Shown: positions 25,661 to 38,884, counted from the first letter of the stretch. The stretch: DNA of 64,000 nucleotides from Camelus dromedarius (GCF_036321535.1 NC_087436.1:65598001-65662000); one strand, 5' to 3'. Made by a program: numbers and translations. Notes: a model not told the origin generated them from the letters alone.

Positions 25661-28269
25661 TGATTATTAGTAATGTACTCAAACTTAGATGGACTATTCT
25701 GGAGACAAAAACTTTTTTCAATAAAATTATTTCCTAGTCTAATTATTTGGCTGAATTTTCAGAAAGTGTACTCAAAGCCTTATACTATGTAGCTCTGAGC
25801 AATCTTTTATTATTCATTTATTTTCTAAAAATGAACTAACACTGTGTTAGCTATTAAATTTTAATAATTTTAAGCAAGGTCACATGACTAAGTTAATTCT
25901 TATTACTTCTTTTGTAAATTATATTATATTATAGAAATGATAGTGTTAAATATATTAAAATATCTTATTTAAGAAATATGCAAAAAAATAAGACAATTGA
26001 TACATAATCCAAAGTGTCGATTATTGCCATTCTATTTTCTCCTTGTCTTTTCCTTTTTTTGCACATATTCATTTACAGATTTATGCAATGACACTAGACA
26101 TGGACTTTATGAGGTACATGAAATCAAGATTGAAGATGGATTAAATTCCTCAAAGCCAGATAGAAAAAGCTAATGACAACAAAAGGTGGGACACTGAGTG
26201 TTTTTGTGGCATCACACATATAGCAAGTAAGCATTGCGTATCTAGAAAGAAAAATTAGTCTTTTTTAGTTATTATGTAATACTCAGAGCTATGCAAATTA
26301 AACAAAAAATTGAGAAATAAGGAAGTCAGATGATACAGAAATGCAAATGTCTTGGGATGAAAATAGAGACCAAAAATCAAATGCATACTGTTAGAATTGA
26401 AGGAAGAAGCAGTTGGAGAAAAACAAACAAAAAAACCCCCAAAATAACTACAAATGCTAAATTGTACATGACTTGGAAACAAAAAGGATGTAGGAAAAGA
26501 GTGAGAGAGATTAACTGAGTTGGATTTTGTCTATGTGGTAATATCATAAGGCTAAACTACACAGAAGAAAATGAAGTAACTGGTAGAAAATTAAGTATTT
26601 TGAAAAACTATTAAGAATAAATCATTAAAGAAATACAGATTTTTTTCAATATATGGTAATAATTAGATCTAATAACAAAATGAAATTACATTATTAAACT
26701 CTCCATTTCATTATCTATCTCAAAGATAAATACATGTATGTATCACATTTAACAGTTTTTACAGATTCAGATTAAATTTTTTATTGTATTTTATCTTTTA
26801 AATGACAGTTTTAATAGAGGTGATGCTACCCAAGAAAGTTCCTGCAAATTAAAGGTAGACATAGGTCAGCACTATGTTTCTTCTTATATTTTCACTAAAA
26901 AAGAAAACAAACAAACTTTATTTTCCATGGTCTATCTTTTGATGTATGAATCAATATCAGTGTTTTTCAAAAATAATTTATCTACACGTAAAGCATTAGT
27001 AGTTTATGTAGGGATCCTCTTAGAGCATGAATATTATTTTTAGTAGTTATTTCAGAAACATGGTAAGAAATTCAAGCTAAAACAATGTTAACAACAAAAA
27101 ATAAAGTGCTCAATGTATTTCCCATGCTCAGCCCAACCGCCTCCCCTCCATTACTGACCCCATCAGAAACACAAGTTAACAAGAATCTGAGATCTTCAAC
27201 CTGAGTGGAGACTGAGAGGAACAAATATACCATATTTAATGTTTTATCAATTTACTTTACCACTCATGCTGTTATGTTAGTTATTGATTTGTTGTTGTGA
27301 TATTTTTCTTGTAAATTTAACTCCATCCTTGCTGATATGCCTTTATTTGTTTAAGAAACATCACTTTGCTCCAATTCCTATTTTTCCTACACTTCATTTA
27401 AAAAAAAAAGGTTACTTATACTACCTTTGTATAAATACCCTTATTAGAAAATTACAATAAGAATAATTTTTACGTTTTTTAAACATATTTTTGTATCATT
27501 AAATTATAATTTTATATCTTATATTTACATTCTCCTTATTTCTATCTTGTTAATAACTACTGCAAAGAGAGTCCAGTAAGTAAACCTCCTGTATATTCTT
27601 ATCTCACCAAAACAATAATGATAATGATAATAATAAAAGCAGTAAATAACACTTGGAAATATAAATCAAATAAAACTTAAATGTTCCATATTTTTAGGGT
27701 TAAATCAATTAAAAAAATGTAGAAAGGATATGGAAGGGCACTATGATTAACAGAGTGTTAGAAAACATGCTTCTCCAGACCAGAGAAATTACCTAGATCC
27801 ACATCCATGTATGTCATCAACATGTCACTAGCTATAGGTCCTTTAAAAATCATGTCATCTTTTTGAATCTTGTTTATGTCCACTACAAAATTAAAGTAAT
27901 AATAAAAAATAAAGAATATTCCAGGGAAGAATTCAATAAGGTAATACAGATAAACCATTTGCACAGTGAAATGTATCTATATATGTGAGTGTGCATATAT
28001 ATAAAACTTACTAAATACCTAAAATAATGAGAATTTTCTAAGAGTCCTATGCATTGTATTACATGATGTTTAGTTTGATAATATTTAGTTTGATAATAGT
28101 GTGTAATAGTTCATGTTTTGTTTATTTATTCATCCACTTCTTCGACTCCTTGATTTGAATATAAACTTCTTTAGACATGGACCAACCTTATTAATTATTC
28201 ATTTCTATCATCTGGGACAATGTCTTGCATCAATGAAGTATGAAGAAATGACAGGATAGGAACATGGTT

Positions 28270-29290
28270 ATTGGTTTAAAACAGCGAAATGATGGAAACT
28301 AAATAACAGTTGTAGCACTGGGACTGAAAATAAGTTGAAAGACATTACTAATGTTTTGAGGTAAGATAACTAAATAAAAATAAAACTGATTTGATATTAA
28401 TACTAAAGTGGAGGAATGAGACAAAAAAAAAAAATGGCTTCAATGACATGAAAAATAGTTGAAATACTGACAGAAAACATAACCAGTAAAGGGAAGAAAA
28501 CTGGAATGATACAAAATAGAGTGTTTAGTTTATATTAATTTAGGAGATAGTTAAAAGAAAAGTTACGTAGGAATTTACTAAAGAATTGAGCTCAGATCAA
28601 GATTCAAAACTGAAAGTGCCAAAAAAAAAAATAAATAAATAATAAAAATGCAAGACTGGTAGGTATGACTGTAAAGGTAAGCAAAATCCTGTAGGGTTGT
28701 TTAAGAATTCTGAAGTATCTTCTATGAGCAACATGGAGTCCCTATAGGATTTTAAGCAAAGAGGTTGAAAGAAAAGTTCTGTATTTTTTGAGAGATTATA
28801 CTCATTGCAATGATAAAGATATGGAAGAATTGATGTGGGCAGACTGGCAATTTTTTTTTTTTTTTTGACAAAGAAAAGATGCAATCTTGGTATGGTGGTA
28901 ATAGTTAGCAAGGGAAAAAAGTGAATGATTCAAGAGTAATTTAAGGAGAAGCTCAATTTGTGAACTGTTAATTTATACGATGTAAAGTTTATGAAAAAGA
29001 AAGTTGTTTGGAGCAAATCTTTTGATTTCTAGTCTGAGCAAAAATACTGTGTGGTAACGACATTGATTTACACTGGGAGGACTAGAAGAACAATAGTTCT
29101 AGATTACAAGTTCTCTCCTTTGGGGACATTTGAGGTATCAAAAAGACATTCAACTGGAGAATTCAGTTATGTAGTAGTTATACAGATTTGAAGTTCAAAA
29201 GTGTGGTCTGGCTTGGAAATAAGTATGTGTGGAAATTTCAGTATTAAATGATAATTGAAGAAATGAAAAAGGTGAAGAGATTAAAGTTTC
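28270..29290 (-). mobile_element. L2 LINE fragments
   Basis: GGAGTCCCTATAGGATTTTAAGCAAAG, TTTTGATTTCTAGTCTGAGCAA, GACATTCAACTGGAGATATTCAGT: antisense L2. Confidence 0.7.
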
Positions 29291-30689
29291 ACTTTTATGT
29301 GTATGTGATTAGACAACCCAGTGATTTTATATTTAAATTTTAAAGGTAACTTCAGATATGGACAGATTCAATATATTATCATCTTCATGAGTAAAACAAG
29401 GATTGATATTTTTAGTCTTGCTAATGTCTCTGCTTTTCTTGAGATTTTCATGTTATGAAAGATAAAAAAATCAGATTTTTAACGCTGCTCATTTTTGGGG
29501 AAAGCATTTCAAGTGTTATGTAAGAGCAAATAATATAAGTTTAAGATGTATGTCCCGCATTAAAAAATAGTTCCACTGTGCATAATTGGACACTTTGTAG
29601 AGCACTGACTTTGCACATTACTAATGCTAAGATGGTGACAACTTTTGAATATGAAGATAAAGAACCTCAACTCTGAGGACATTAATATGTATCAAACATT
29701 CTAATAATACATCTTGCTGAAACATGATTAATCTTACACATACTGATGATGTTTAAAGTAGAAGCATTATTGAAATTAATCTTTTCTGGCGGGAGAGTTC
29801 CATGAATGGTGCTATGTTTATAATTTCAATTTCTGTATAACATACTGAAGCTTTAGCACTTGTAATTCCACATATTATGCTAGGTTAGACACTTCTCCAT
29901 ACTAATGATTATTCTATCTTTATAAAATTTTATAAAGATTCATTCTGAAATGAGGAAAATACACTGCATTCAGAAATAGGATACCACCTTATACTAAATG
30001 ATGACAATTTAATAGGTTTCCTTTCATGATAAAGAAATTTTGGTAATTGGGGAAGCCACCTTATTGATGTGGAACTTCAATAACCTGCAGTACTAAAATG
30101 TCTCTCCTCTCATTAAACTGCCTGATGAGAAATAGTTTTTCTCTATTTATTTTCTGTAATAGTTAATCATATTGTAAAATTATTCTGTGCACATAGTGAA
30201 AAAGCAAACCCATGAAAGGTATAAAAACTGCATCAAAAAGTCCAAGTTTTAAGAGTTAAACTATACATTTTATAGAAGCATATGTACAGTCGTTCTTTTG
30301 TTTTTAGAAAACCATGTTTTTAAATATATATTACCCCGATACATGAATTACTGACATACTACACTTTGGATAAGTTTATTCATCACTAAATATAAATCTA
30401 TATTTCTGTTGTTTTCATAGCTGTTCAATATTCTAATTAATAACAGAAGGCTAATTTGACAGTAATGAAATTAGTGTGGCAACTTTCAGCTTAAATAAAA
30501 TCGGACAAACATACAAATCCAGATTAAGAGGATTTTTAAGGCTTGATAAGACATTTTCATTGAACACACAAAACATGAGATATATAATTCTGGAACTTAA
30601 GAACACCAAAAAGAAGGCAATCATTTGGGTGATTTATAATGAATACTTTGGAAGTATTTTATTTTTAAGAATGTAGATATTATTTGACA

Positions 30690-31080
30690 ATAAGAATAGT
30701 AAAAAATGAAGTAGAGAAAAGCATAAGGATTGTGAGGGACTGAGTTTTAATAATACTTAGGGAAGGCTTTGTTTGGAATATACAATTTGTGTACAGTGGA
30801 GGAATGAAGAAGCTAGACAAGTGGAAGCCTGGTAGAATAGCAGAACAGAGTGTTCAGCAAACACAAAGACCATAAAGCATACTGGGGTTCATGTGTTTGA
30901 AGAAAAGAGAGGAAGTCAAGGTGCCTGAACCAAGGAGAAGAAGGAAAAGGCAGTAAGAAACCAAATAAAGGTTGGAATAATGCTAATAGATCATGTACAA
31001 CCTTGCAGACCATGGCAAGGATTTGGGGTTTTATTTAGGGTGATATTTAGTGCTTTGCAAATAAGGCTAAATGACTGGAT
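30690..31080 (-). mobile_element. L2 LINE fragment
   Basis: CAGAACAGAGTGTTCAGCAAACACAAAGACC...AGATCATGTACAACCTTGCAGACCATGGCAAGGATTTGGGGTTTTATT. Confidence 0.75.
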
Positions 31081-31310
31081 AGCACACACAGGCAGCTTAA
31101 ACAAAGTATACTGGGTTAAATGACGTGCTGCTAAAAAAATTAATATGAAAGTACAAATGGATAAGAATAACAAAACACTCTGAAAGGTTGAAAATTGAAA
31201 GGCTTAACTTATTAGATAGCAAGCATTTTAAAAGTACAGTAATTTCAGCAGTATGATTTTGGCATGATGCTAGACAAACTCATAATGTAATGAAATAGGG
31301 AGAAAAAAAC

Positions 31311-33120
31311 GTTCCCCGCACCGAATTCCCCCATTACTAGCACCTGGCATTATAGTGGTATACCTGCTGCAAGTGATGAGCCACTATTCATACATTATTA
31401 TTAATTAAGGTTAATAGTTTACTTTAGAGTTCATTCCTTGTGTTGTGCAGTCCTTGATTTGAACAAATGGATAATGATATTATCCACCACTAGCGTATCA
31501 CCACAATCATTTCACTGTATTAAAATTTACAGTGTTCCACTTATTCATCCTACCCTCTGCTTGAACTCCTCGCACTACATACAGATCTTATAAGTAGCTC
31601 CATACTTTTGCCTTTTCAGGAATGCCACATAGTGGGAATCTCACAATATGTAGCCTTTTCAGATTGGCTTTTTTCACTTAGCAATATGCATTTAAGTTTC
31701 CCCCATGTTTATTCATATTTTTATAATCCACATATTTTAGCACTGAATAATATTCCATTGGATGGATAAACCACAATGTGTGTATTCATTAACCTACTGA
31801 AGAACATGTTGGCTAGTTGCAAGTTTTGGTAATTATGAGTAAAACTGCTACAAACATTCATGTGTGGGATTTTGTGAAAATATAAGTTTTCTACTCATTT
31901 GGGTAAATATGTAGGAGCATAATTGCTGGATCACATGGTAAGCGTATGTTTAGCTTTGGAAGAAACCACTAAACTGTCTTCCAAAGTGATTGTACCATTT
32001 TGTATCCCCACCAGCAGCCGATGAGCATTCCTGTTTTTCCATGTCCTCATTCGTAGTTGGATTTTACCTATTCTAATATGTGTGTAGTCGTATCTCATTG
32101 TTTCAGGTTTCATTTTGCTGGTAACATACGACGTGGAACATCTCTTTATATGTTTGTTTGTCATCTTGAAATTTTCTGCTGTTAGATGCCTATTGAGATA
32201 TATTAACCTTTCATAAATTAGGTGTTTGTTTTCTTACTGTTTTAATAGTTCTTCATATGTTTCACAACAGTCCTTTGTCAAATATGTCTCTTGAAAATAT
32301 CAGGACAGAATATTTTAATTTTAACAAAGCACAAATTAACAATTGTAATTTCACATATCATGTTTTTGGTATTGTATCTAAGAACTCATAATTAAATCCA
32401 CTGACATCTAGATTTTCTTCTATGTTGTCTTCTAGGAATTTTATAGTTTTGCATTTTATATTTAGGTCTATAATCCATTTGAGTTAATTTTTGTGAAGAG
32501 TGTAAAGTCTGTGTCTAGATCCATTTAAAAAAAGTTTTTTGCATGTGAATGTCCAGGTTTTCATTTGATGAAATGATCATCCTTTCTCCACTGTATTGCC
32601 TTTGCTTCTTTATCAAAGATCACTTGATTCTCTTCATGCAGGTCTATTTAGGGCTCTCTATTCTGTTTCACTGACCTATTAGTATTTTGTTTCATTAATA
32701 CCAGTGTCTTGATTACTATTGTTTTATACTAAGTCTTGAAGGCAGGGAGTGTAAGTCCTCCAATTTTGCTCTACTCCTTGAATACTATTTTGTCTATTCT
32801 GCCTCTTGATAAAGTTGGAAAGAACTTACTTTGTGATAATATTGAGTCTCTCTATCCATATACACAAAATATCTCTCCAATTATTTAGATCCTTTTAAAA
32901 TTTCATCATTAGAGTTTTACATTCTTTTCTCATGTAGATCATATAAAGATGTTATAAGATTTAGATCTATAATTTCTTATTTGGGGTGCTTATATAATGT
33001 TATTGTATTTTATTTTCCAATTGCTGGACTATGAGAAAGCAATTGACTTTTGTTGACTAACATTTTATCCTACAACTTTGCTACAACTGCAGTTTTAAAA
33101 GGTAGGTTTTGTCATTGTTT
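31311..33120 (-). mobile_element. L1MC-type (L1MC2-like) LINE-1 3' portion
   Basis: L1MC 3' UTR motifs (ATACATTATTATTAATTAAGG, CCTTTTCAGATTGGCTTTTTTCACTTAGCAATATGCATTTAAG). ORF 31931..32164 MTNKHIKRCSTS. Confidence 0.9.
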
Positions 33121-33121
33121 A

Positions 33122-33179
33122 AGTATGGTGAGATCAACAGATCAAGAAATAACTGCCATTGAAAAAAATATTTTGTTAC
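33122..33179. mobile_element. Short LTR-like stub
   Basis: GGTGAGATCAACAGATCAAGAAATAACTGCCATTGAAAAAAATATTTTGTTAC resembles an ERV LTR segment as recalled. Family not assigned. Confidence 0.4.
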
Positions 33180-34256
33180 AGCAATATCAAACCTATCTTA
33201 AAAGAAACATTGAAAGGTCTTCTCTAAATAGAAAAGACACAAGAATCTATAGAAAAGAGAAAATCACAACTGGAAATGTGATAACTACAAAATTACAATA
33301 AACAGCAAAAGAATAAACATGAAGATGTAAAAGAGGACATCAAAATCACAAAATGTAGGGGGGAGGAATAAGAAAATGAGATTTTTTTTCTTTTTTTTTT
33401 TAGAATATGTTTGAGCCTATATGATTACCAGCCTAAAGCAAGTAGATATAGTAATGGGTTAACATACTTGAAAAACAGGGTAACCACAAGTCAAAAACAG
33501 AGTCACAAAAACCAAAAAGAACTTGAGCATAATGCAAAAGAAAATCATCAAACCGCAAAATGAAAAACAAAAAGAAAAAGAAAGTGACAAATAAGAAACA
33601 CAAAACCAAAAGAAAAATGAAGTTTAAAATGGCAATGAACAAATATCTATCAATAATTACCTTAAATGACAATGGACTAAATGCTTCATTCAAAAGACAT
33701 AGAGTGGCAGGTTGGATAATAAAACAAGAGCCTATAATATGCTGCCTACAAGAGACCCACTTTAGGGCAAAGGGCGCATGCAGATTGAAAGTGAGGAGAT
33801 GGAAAAAGATATTCCATGCAAATGGAAATAACAAGAAAGTAGGGGTAGCAATACTCATATCAGACAAAATAGACTTTTAAAACAAAGGCCATAAAGAAAG
33901 ATAAAGTAGGACATTATATAATGATAAAAGGATCAATACAAGAAGAGGATATCATACTTACCAACATATATGCACCCAATATAGGAGTATCAAAATACAT
34001 AAAACAAATACTAACAGACATAAAGGGAGAAATTGATGGAAAAACAGTAAGGGTAGGGGACTTTAACACCCCACTCACATCAATGGACAGATTTCCAGAC
34101 AGAAAAATCTATAAGGCAACAGAGATCCTAAAAAACACAATAGAATAGTTAGACTTACTTGATATTTTCAGGACATTACATCCAAGGAAAAAAAAAAAAA
34201 GAATATACATTCTTTTCAAGTACACATGGAACATTCTGTAGGATAGACTACATATT
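33177..34256 (+). mobile_element. Younger L1 internal fragment: ORF1 end, 401-bp spacer, ORF2 endonuclease domain
   Basis: ORF1 stop at 33225-33227 and ORF2 ATG at 33629. ORFs 33560..33880 (ITLNDNGLN, CCLQETH, GVAILISDK) and 33921..34148 (NIYAPN, VGDFNTPL) are split by a frameshift. Confidence 0.93.
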
Positions 34257-34553
34257 CAGATTATACCAAATTCAGCAAATTTTTTATATCAAAATAAATC
34301 ATTAAGAGAGAGAAAATGCAAGTTATATTATGGGATATACAGTTTTAACATACTTATTTGGCAGTAGACACAGGCAAAATATAGAAATAACTGACACATT
34401 ACATAACAATAAGCAGACAACCCCCCATCGGTAAACAATTTAAAATTACACTTCACAAGAGAAGGCAAAAAAATTACCAAAAGCCTATGAAAATGCTCTC
34501 AAAATCATTTGTCATCAAGGAGATGCAAACTAAAACCACATTAAAAACTAAAC

Positions 34554-34691
34554 TTTTTTTTTTTTTTTTTTGCTGGAGGAAGGTACTTATTAGGTTTATT
34601 TATTTATTATTTTTAGAGGAGGTACTAGGGATTGAATTCAGGACTTCATGCATGCTAAGCATGCACTCTACCACTTAAATTATACCCTCTC
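34554..34691 (-). mobile_element. tRNA-derived camelid SINE (Vic-1-like), full length
   Basis: Minus strand GAGAGGGTATAATTTAAGTGGTAGAGTGCATGCTTAGCATGCATGAAGTCCTGAATTCAATCCCTAGTACCTCC...TAAACCTAATAAGTACC...A18. Confidence 0.9.
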
Positions 34692-34790
34692 TGGTAGAGT
34701 GCCTACCTAGCATGCACAAGATCCTGGTTCAATCCCCAGTACCTCCATTAAAAATAAATTAATAAATAAACCTAATTACACACACCTCAA
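34692..34790 (+). mobile_element. tRNA-derived camelid SINE (Vic-1-like), lacking about 17 nt at the 5' end
   Basis: TGGTAGAGTGCCTACCTAGCATGCACAAGATCCTGGTTCAATCCCCAGTACCTCCATTAAAAATAAATTAATAAATAAACCTAATTAC. Confidence 0.9.
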
Positions 34791-37529
34791 AACACTAAAT
34801 TTTTAACAAATCTTAAAATAATTCAACAATAACACACAAAAAATGGCAATACCGTGTGATGCTAAGATGTCCAGCAGGAAAATGTTAATATTCTGCTATT
34901 CTGAGTATAACAGAGTCCATGACTCAACCTTCTGCTTCTAAGCATATCCCAAATAGAACTGCTGATGTTTGAACACCAAAACACCTTCAATCAGTAAAGA
35001 ACATATTCTATGACGGCCTAGATATAATATTCAAAAACAGGAAAAGTTAGAAGGCTGTTAATGTCCCTCAAAGATTTGCTCTTCCCTAACTGCATCAGGA
35101 ATGTGTCACCGTTATTTGCTTTTCCTACCCCTCTTGCTCTTTTTTGTTTTTCCCCTTCTATTTTGCTATCTTTATTACAAATTTCCAATGCAGCATTAGC
35201 ATACAATATTTGTTTAATGTTTTGTTTGAGAACAAGGAGTAATAAAGAACAGTGTTAATATCAACATTATGTGAAATATGACCAAGTATTAACTTTGTTT
35301 AGTAATATAATTAACATTATTATTTTTATTTAAATTTAACACACTTAAAAGTAATCAAAGTACCATTCAAGAATAAAAATTTAGGTCATTTTTTCTTTCC
35401 AATAAAGATAACATCTTCTAAAATATCTCTAAAAAGTTGTAAAAGAAAAATCATGAAAAAAGCATTAAGGTTTCAGATTCACAATAAAATAAAAAATTAA
35501 GGAATTAATTTTTCTAAATTTATTCTATACCTTATCTCCTAATTAGACTTTGGAAATGTTATTTCTAAAATAGAGTTGGATATAGTTGCTATGGAGGTGA
35601 TAATAATAATAAGTAATTTGAATACAGATTAATTTTTCATAATCTATGAAATAGGTCAAAGGTTTTTCTATTTCTCTATAATTTTACTTTGTGTAACCAA
35701 TCATATTACATTTTTCTATTCTCCATGTATAACATTTGCACATCAACCACCTGTAAGAATTATGACCTACTCAATTTAGTTTCCACCCTGTCATGTAATA
35801 ATCCAGCACTCCACCAACATTATTTCACCATTTCTTATCATCCTCGTTTGAATGGTCAGAGCTTACATAACATTTCTTTCATTCACACTTGCAGACATCA
35901 TTCTTACTTTATGCCAATTTGTGTGTTGTGTTTGTGTGAATCTTAGATTATTTTATTTATGTTATGTTAGCAGGTGCTCATATATCTGATTATGTATTTG
36001 TTGACTTTAAGAAAAAGTTATGAACTATCAGAAAGAACTGCATCTTGTTTCCAGAGCTAACAAACCACTTCATTAGAAGCAAAGTTGCACTTTTACAAGT
36101 GAACTTTCTGTTCCTGCCAGTTGAGACAGGGACATTAATATAACATAATGATATGAAAAATGCCAAAGTTTCTGAAAAAAAAATGAATGTCAGAATATTT
36201 TGTCAACTCAAACCATCACACCAGAAAAGCACTACTGCTTCTACAAAATATTATTTTTGAAATCCGATATAAATTGAAGCAGTATAGTTACCAATGTAAA
36301 TCAGATAAAAAGTGTAAGGCAGTATTTAGCCAAACTCATTAGATTTTATTGTATATAGCTCTTTCTAGATTAGCTGCTTTAATACTTGAAATGTTCTATT
36401 TAAAATAAATAAAGATCTTGGAATATACATGTGCTGCAATTTTTCTGACAAGAAAATGTAACAGTTTCTTACTTTATCAAATTCAGTGATAATAAATTAC
36501 CAGCATTTGCCAAACTAGACTTTCTGAATTCTTGTAGAGAATGACAATCTGCCCTCTCAAGCACAAGTGAGGTGAGACAATTAAGTTTCCATCTATTTCT
36601 TGTAATAGGTACATTTTTTTCCGAAAAATGACAAATTATACTTCAACATGCCCTCACTCTAAAGGTTCATTGCTCAAAGTTGAAGCTTGGTCTAACCTTT
36701 GGGAGTCAGTGATGAAATAGGCCTTCAGAATTTTTCGCAAGTTGAGTTAAATGAATAGTCTTAGAGCTGACAGTTTATTGAAACATGTTCAAGATTTAAA
36801 GACACATTTCATAATCTCTGCATGTCAAAGATAACTTAGAAAAAAAGAGCTTTTTACTACAGAAAAAATTACGCTAAATGAGGTCAACATTTTTGTCAAA
36901 GGGTAGATGTATTCATTTTTTGACAAATATCTGTAAGGTAATGATTTAAGCAGATCTGCAGACCTAAAATCAGGTTATTAGACAAATGACCATTGTAACA
37001 TATGGGCCTCAAGTTTCTCACCTGTAACGTAACTGTATTAGATATTTCTAATTTCCCTTCTCCCTCTATGATTTTACCATTCCTACAATTCAATCAAAAG
37101 GTATAAAACACTGGTAAACAATTGCCATTTAAAAAATAATCTGCATTTAAAAAAAATCATAGATATTTTCTTGTCACAGATTTTCCATGATAAAATTGTT
37201 AGTAAATAGAGTCTTGAAATGTCTTAATTTTCTGTGTCTGCCCTTATTATCAAACTTGTGTTTAAATCTGAAATAACTAAAACTTGAAAATTATCAAGTA
37301 TGTTACAGACAGAGAGGGAGAGAGAAGGGGGTGAGAGCTTTATTAATGGAGGGGTGAAAATCAGTAACAAACAAAAGGAATAAGAATCAGCCACTGGACA
37401 TTTCTATCTCCAATTTATACAGAAAACAAATAACAGTAGTTTCAATATTCTGAGTGAAAATGATTTGAAGATAAAAGTACACTCTCTCAATTGAATGAGA
37501 ATAAAACCTTGTTAATGGTTTTCCTTTAC

Positions 37530-37800
37530 CCTAATTGTTTTGATTGTAAAACCACTTTTAATTCAGGCATTTCAAAGCAATTCTTCCAAAAATGCAACTG
37601 TGATTACGTCACTCTCAACTTAAAACCATTCAATGCCTTTTCCTTTCTTTTACAATACAAAACAATTCCTTCCTAAAGACTACTTACTATGCTATTAATG
37701 GCATAATTCCTACTTAGTTCTCTTTTCAAGTATTGTTCCATCTAGTGTTAATTTTTTTTTAGTTTTATCAAGAGGCTTTCCTTTGGTCTTAGCTTCTTCT
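37530..37800 (+). mobile_element. L2 fragment
   Basis: TTCCAAAAATGCAACTGTGATTACGTCACTCTCAACTTAAAACCATTCAATGCCTT. Confidence 0.6.
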
Positions 37801-37819
37801 AACCTATTAGAATATAAAA

Positions 37820-38860
37820 CTCAACAATATAAATAAACTCTTTTAAAATATAGGCTAATGACATTAACAGGTAGATACCTTACCAAAGAAGATATACAGA
37901 TGACAAATAATCATATGAAAAGATGCTTCACATCATATGTCATGAGGGAAAGCAAATCAAAACAACAATTAGAAATCACTACAAATCTATTACAAAGGCC
38001 AAAGTCAAGAATACTGACAACACTAAATGCTATCAAATGCTACGTAGAGCACAGGAATGTGTAGAGCACAGGAATGTTCACACATTGCTGTGAATACAAC
38101 ATGACACAGCCACTCTGGAACACAGTTTGGTGGTTTCTTACAAAATCAAACATAGTCTTATCATACAGTCCAGAAACCACATTCCTTTGTATTTAATCAA
38201 ATGAGGTGAAAACATGTCCACACAAAAACCTTCACATGGATATTTATAACAATTTTATTCATAACTGTCAAAACTTTGACAGAATCAAGATGTTCTTCAT
38301 AAGTTAACAGATAAGTAAACTTTAGTACATCCAAATAGTGGAATGTTACACAGTGTTAAAAGCAGTGAGCTATCAAACTATGGAAACAGAAAGAGGAAAC
38401 TTAAATGTATTTTACTAAGTGAAATAGGCTAATCTGTAAAGACTATACACTTCATAATTTCAACCTTATGTCATTCCAGGAAAGACAAAACTATGAAGTC
38501 AGTAAAAAGATCAGTGGTATCCAGAGATTCGAGGGGAAGAAGGAATGAACAGGCAGAGCACAGAGGATTTTTATGACAGTGAAGATTTTCTATATATTAA
38601 AATGGTGGACACATCATTATACATTTGTCCAAACTTATAGATGAATAACGTCAAGAACAAAGTCTAATGTAAACTATGGGCTCTGGGTGATAACAATGTG
38701 TCACTGTAGCTTCATTGATTATAACAAATATACCACTCTGGTGGGAGATGTTGATCAAGGGGGTGGCTATTTACGTGTATGGGTAGGTGGTACTGTGGAA
38801 TTTCTATACTTTACTCTCAAATTTGCTGAGAACATAAAAATGTCTAAAAATATTTAATAT
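37820..38860 (+). mobile_element. L1MC1-like LINE-1 3' end
   Basis: ORF 37858 (LTKEDIQMTNNHMKRCFTS). 3' UTR GTAAACTATGGGCTCTGGGTGATAACAATGTGTCA...ACCACTCTGGTGGGAGATGTTGAT. Confidence 0.9.
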
Positions 38861-38884
38861 ATACTAGATTTTATATAATATATA

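Larger units (their letters stand above)
34257..35020 (+). mobile_element. Old L1 (L1ME-like) ORF2 3' fragment interrupted by the SINE pair
   Basis: CACTTCACAAGAGAAG...ATGAAAATGCTCTCAAAATCATTTGTCATCAAGGAGATGCAAACTAAAACCACA. Resumes after 34800 (CATGACTCAACCTTCTGCTTCTAAGCATATCCC). Confidence 0.7.

Noticed and set aside
33560..34148. Functional or domesticated endonuclease gene
   Set aside because: Frameshift between the two ORFs, an in-frame stop at 34146-34148, and truncation. It is an ordinary L1 remnant.
16773..34256. Idea that the L1 fragment at 33177-34256 is the piece excised from the large L1
   Set aside because: The two overlap (16775-16915 versus 34105-34256) and differ at many positions there. 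The fragment is visibly younger, so they are independent elements.
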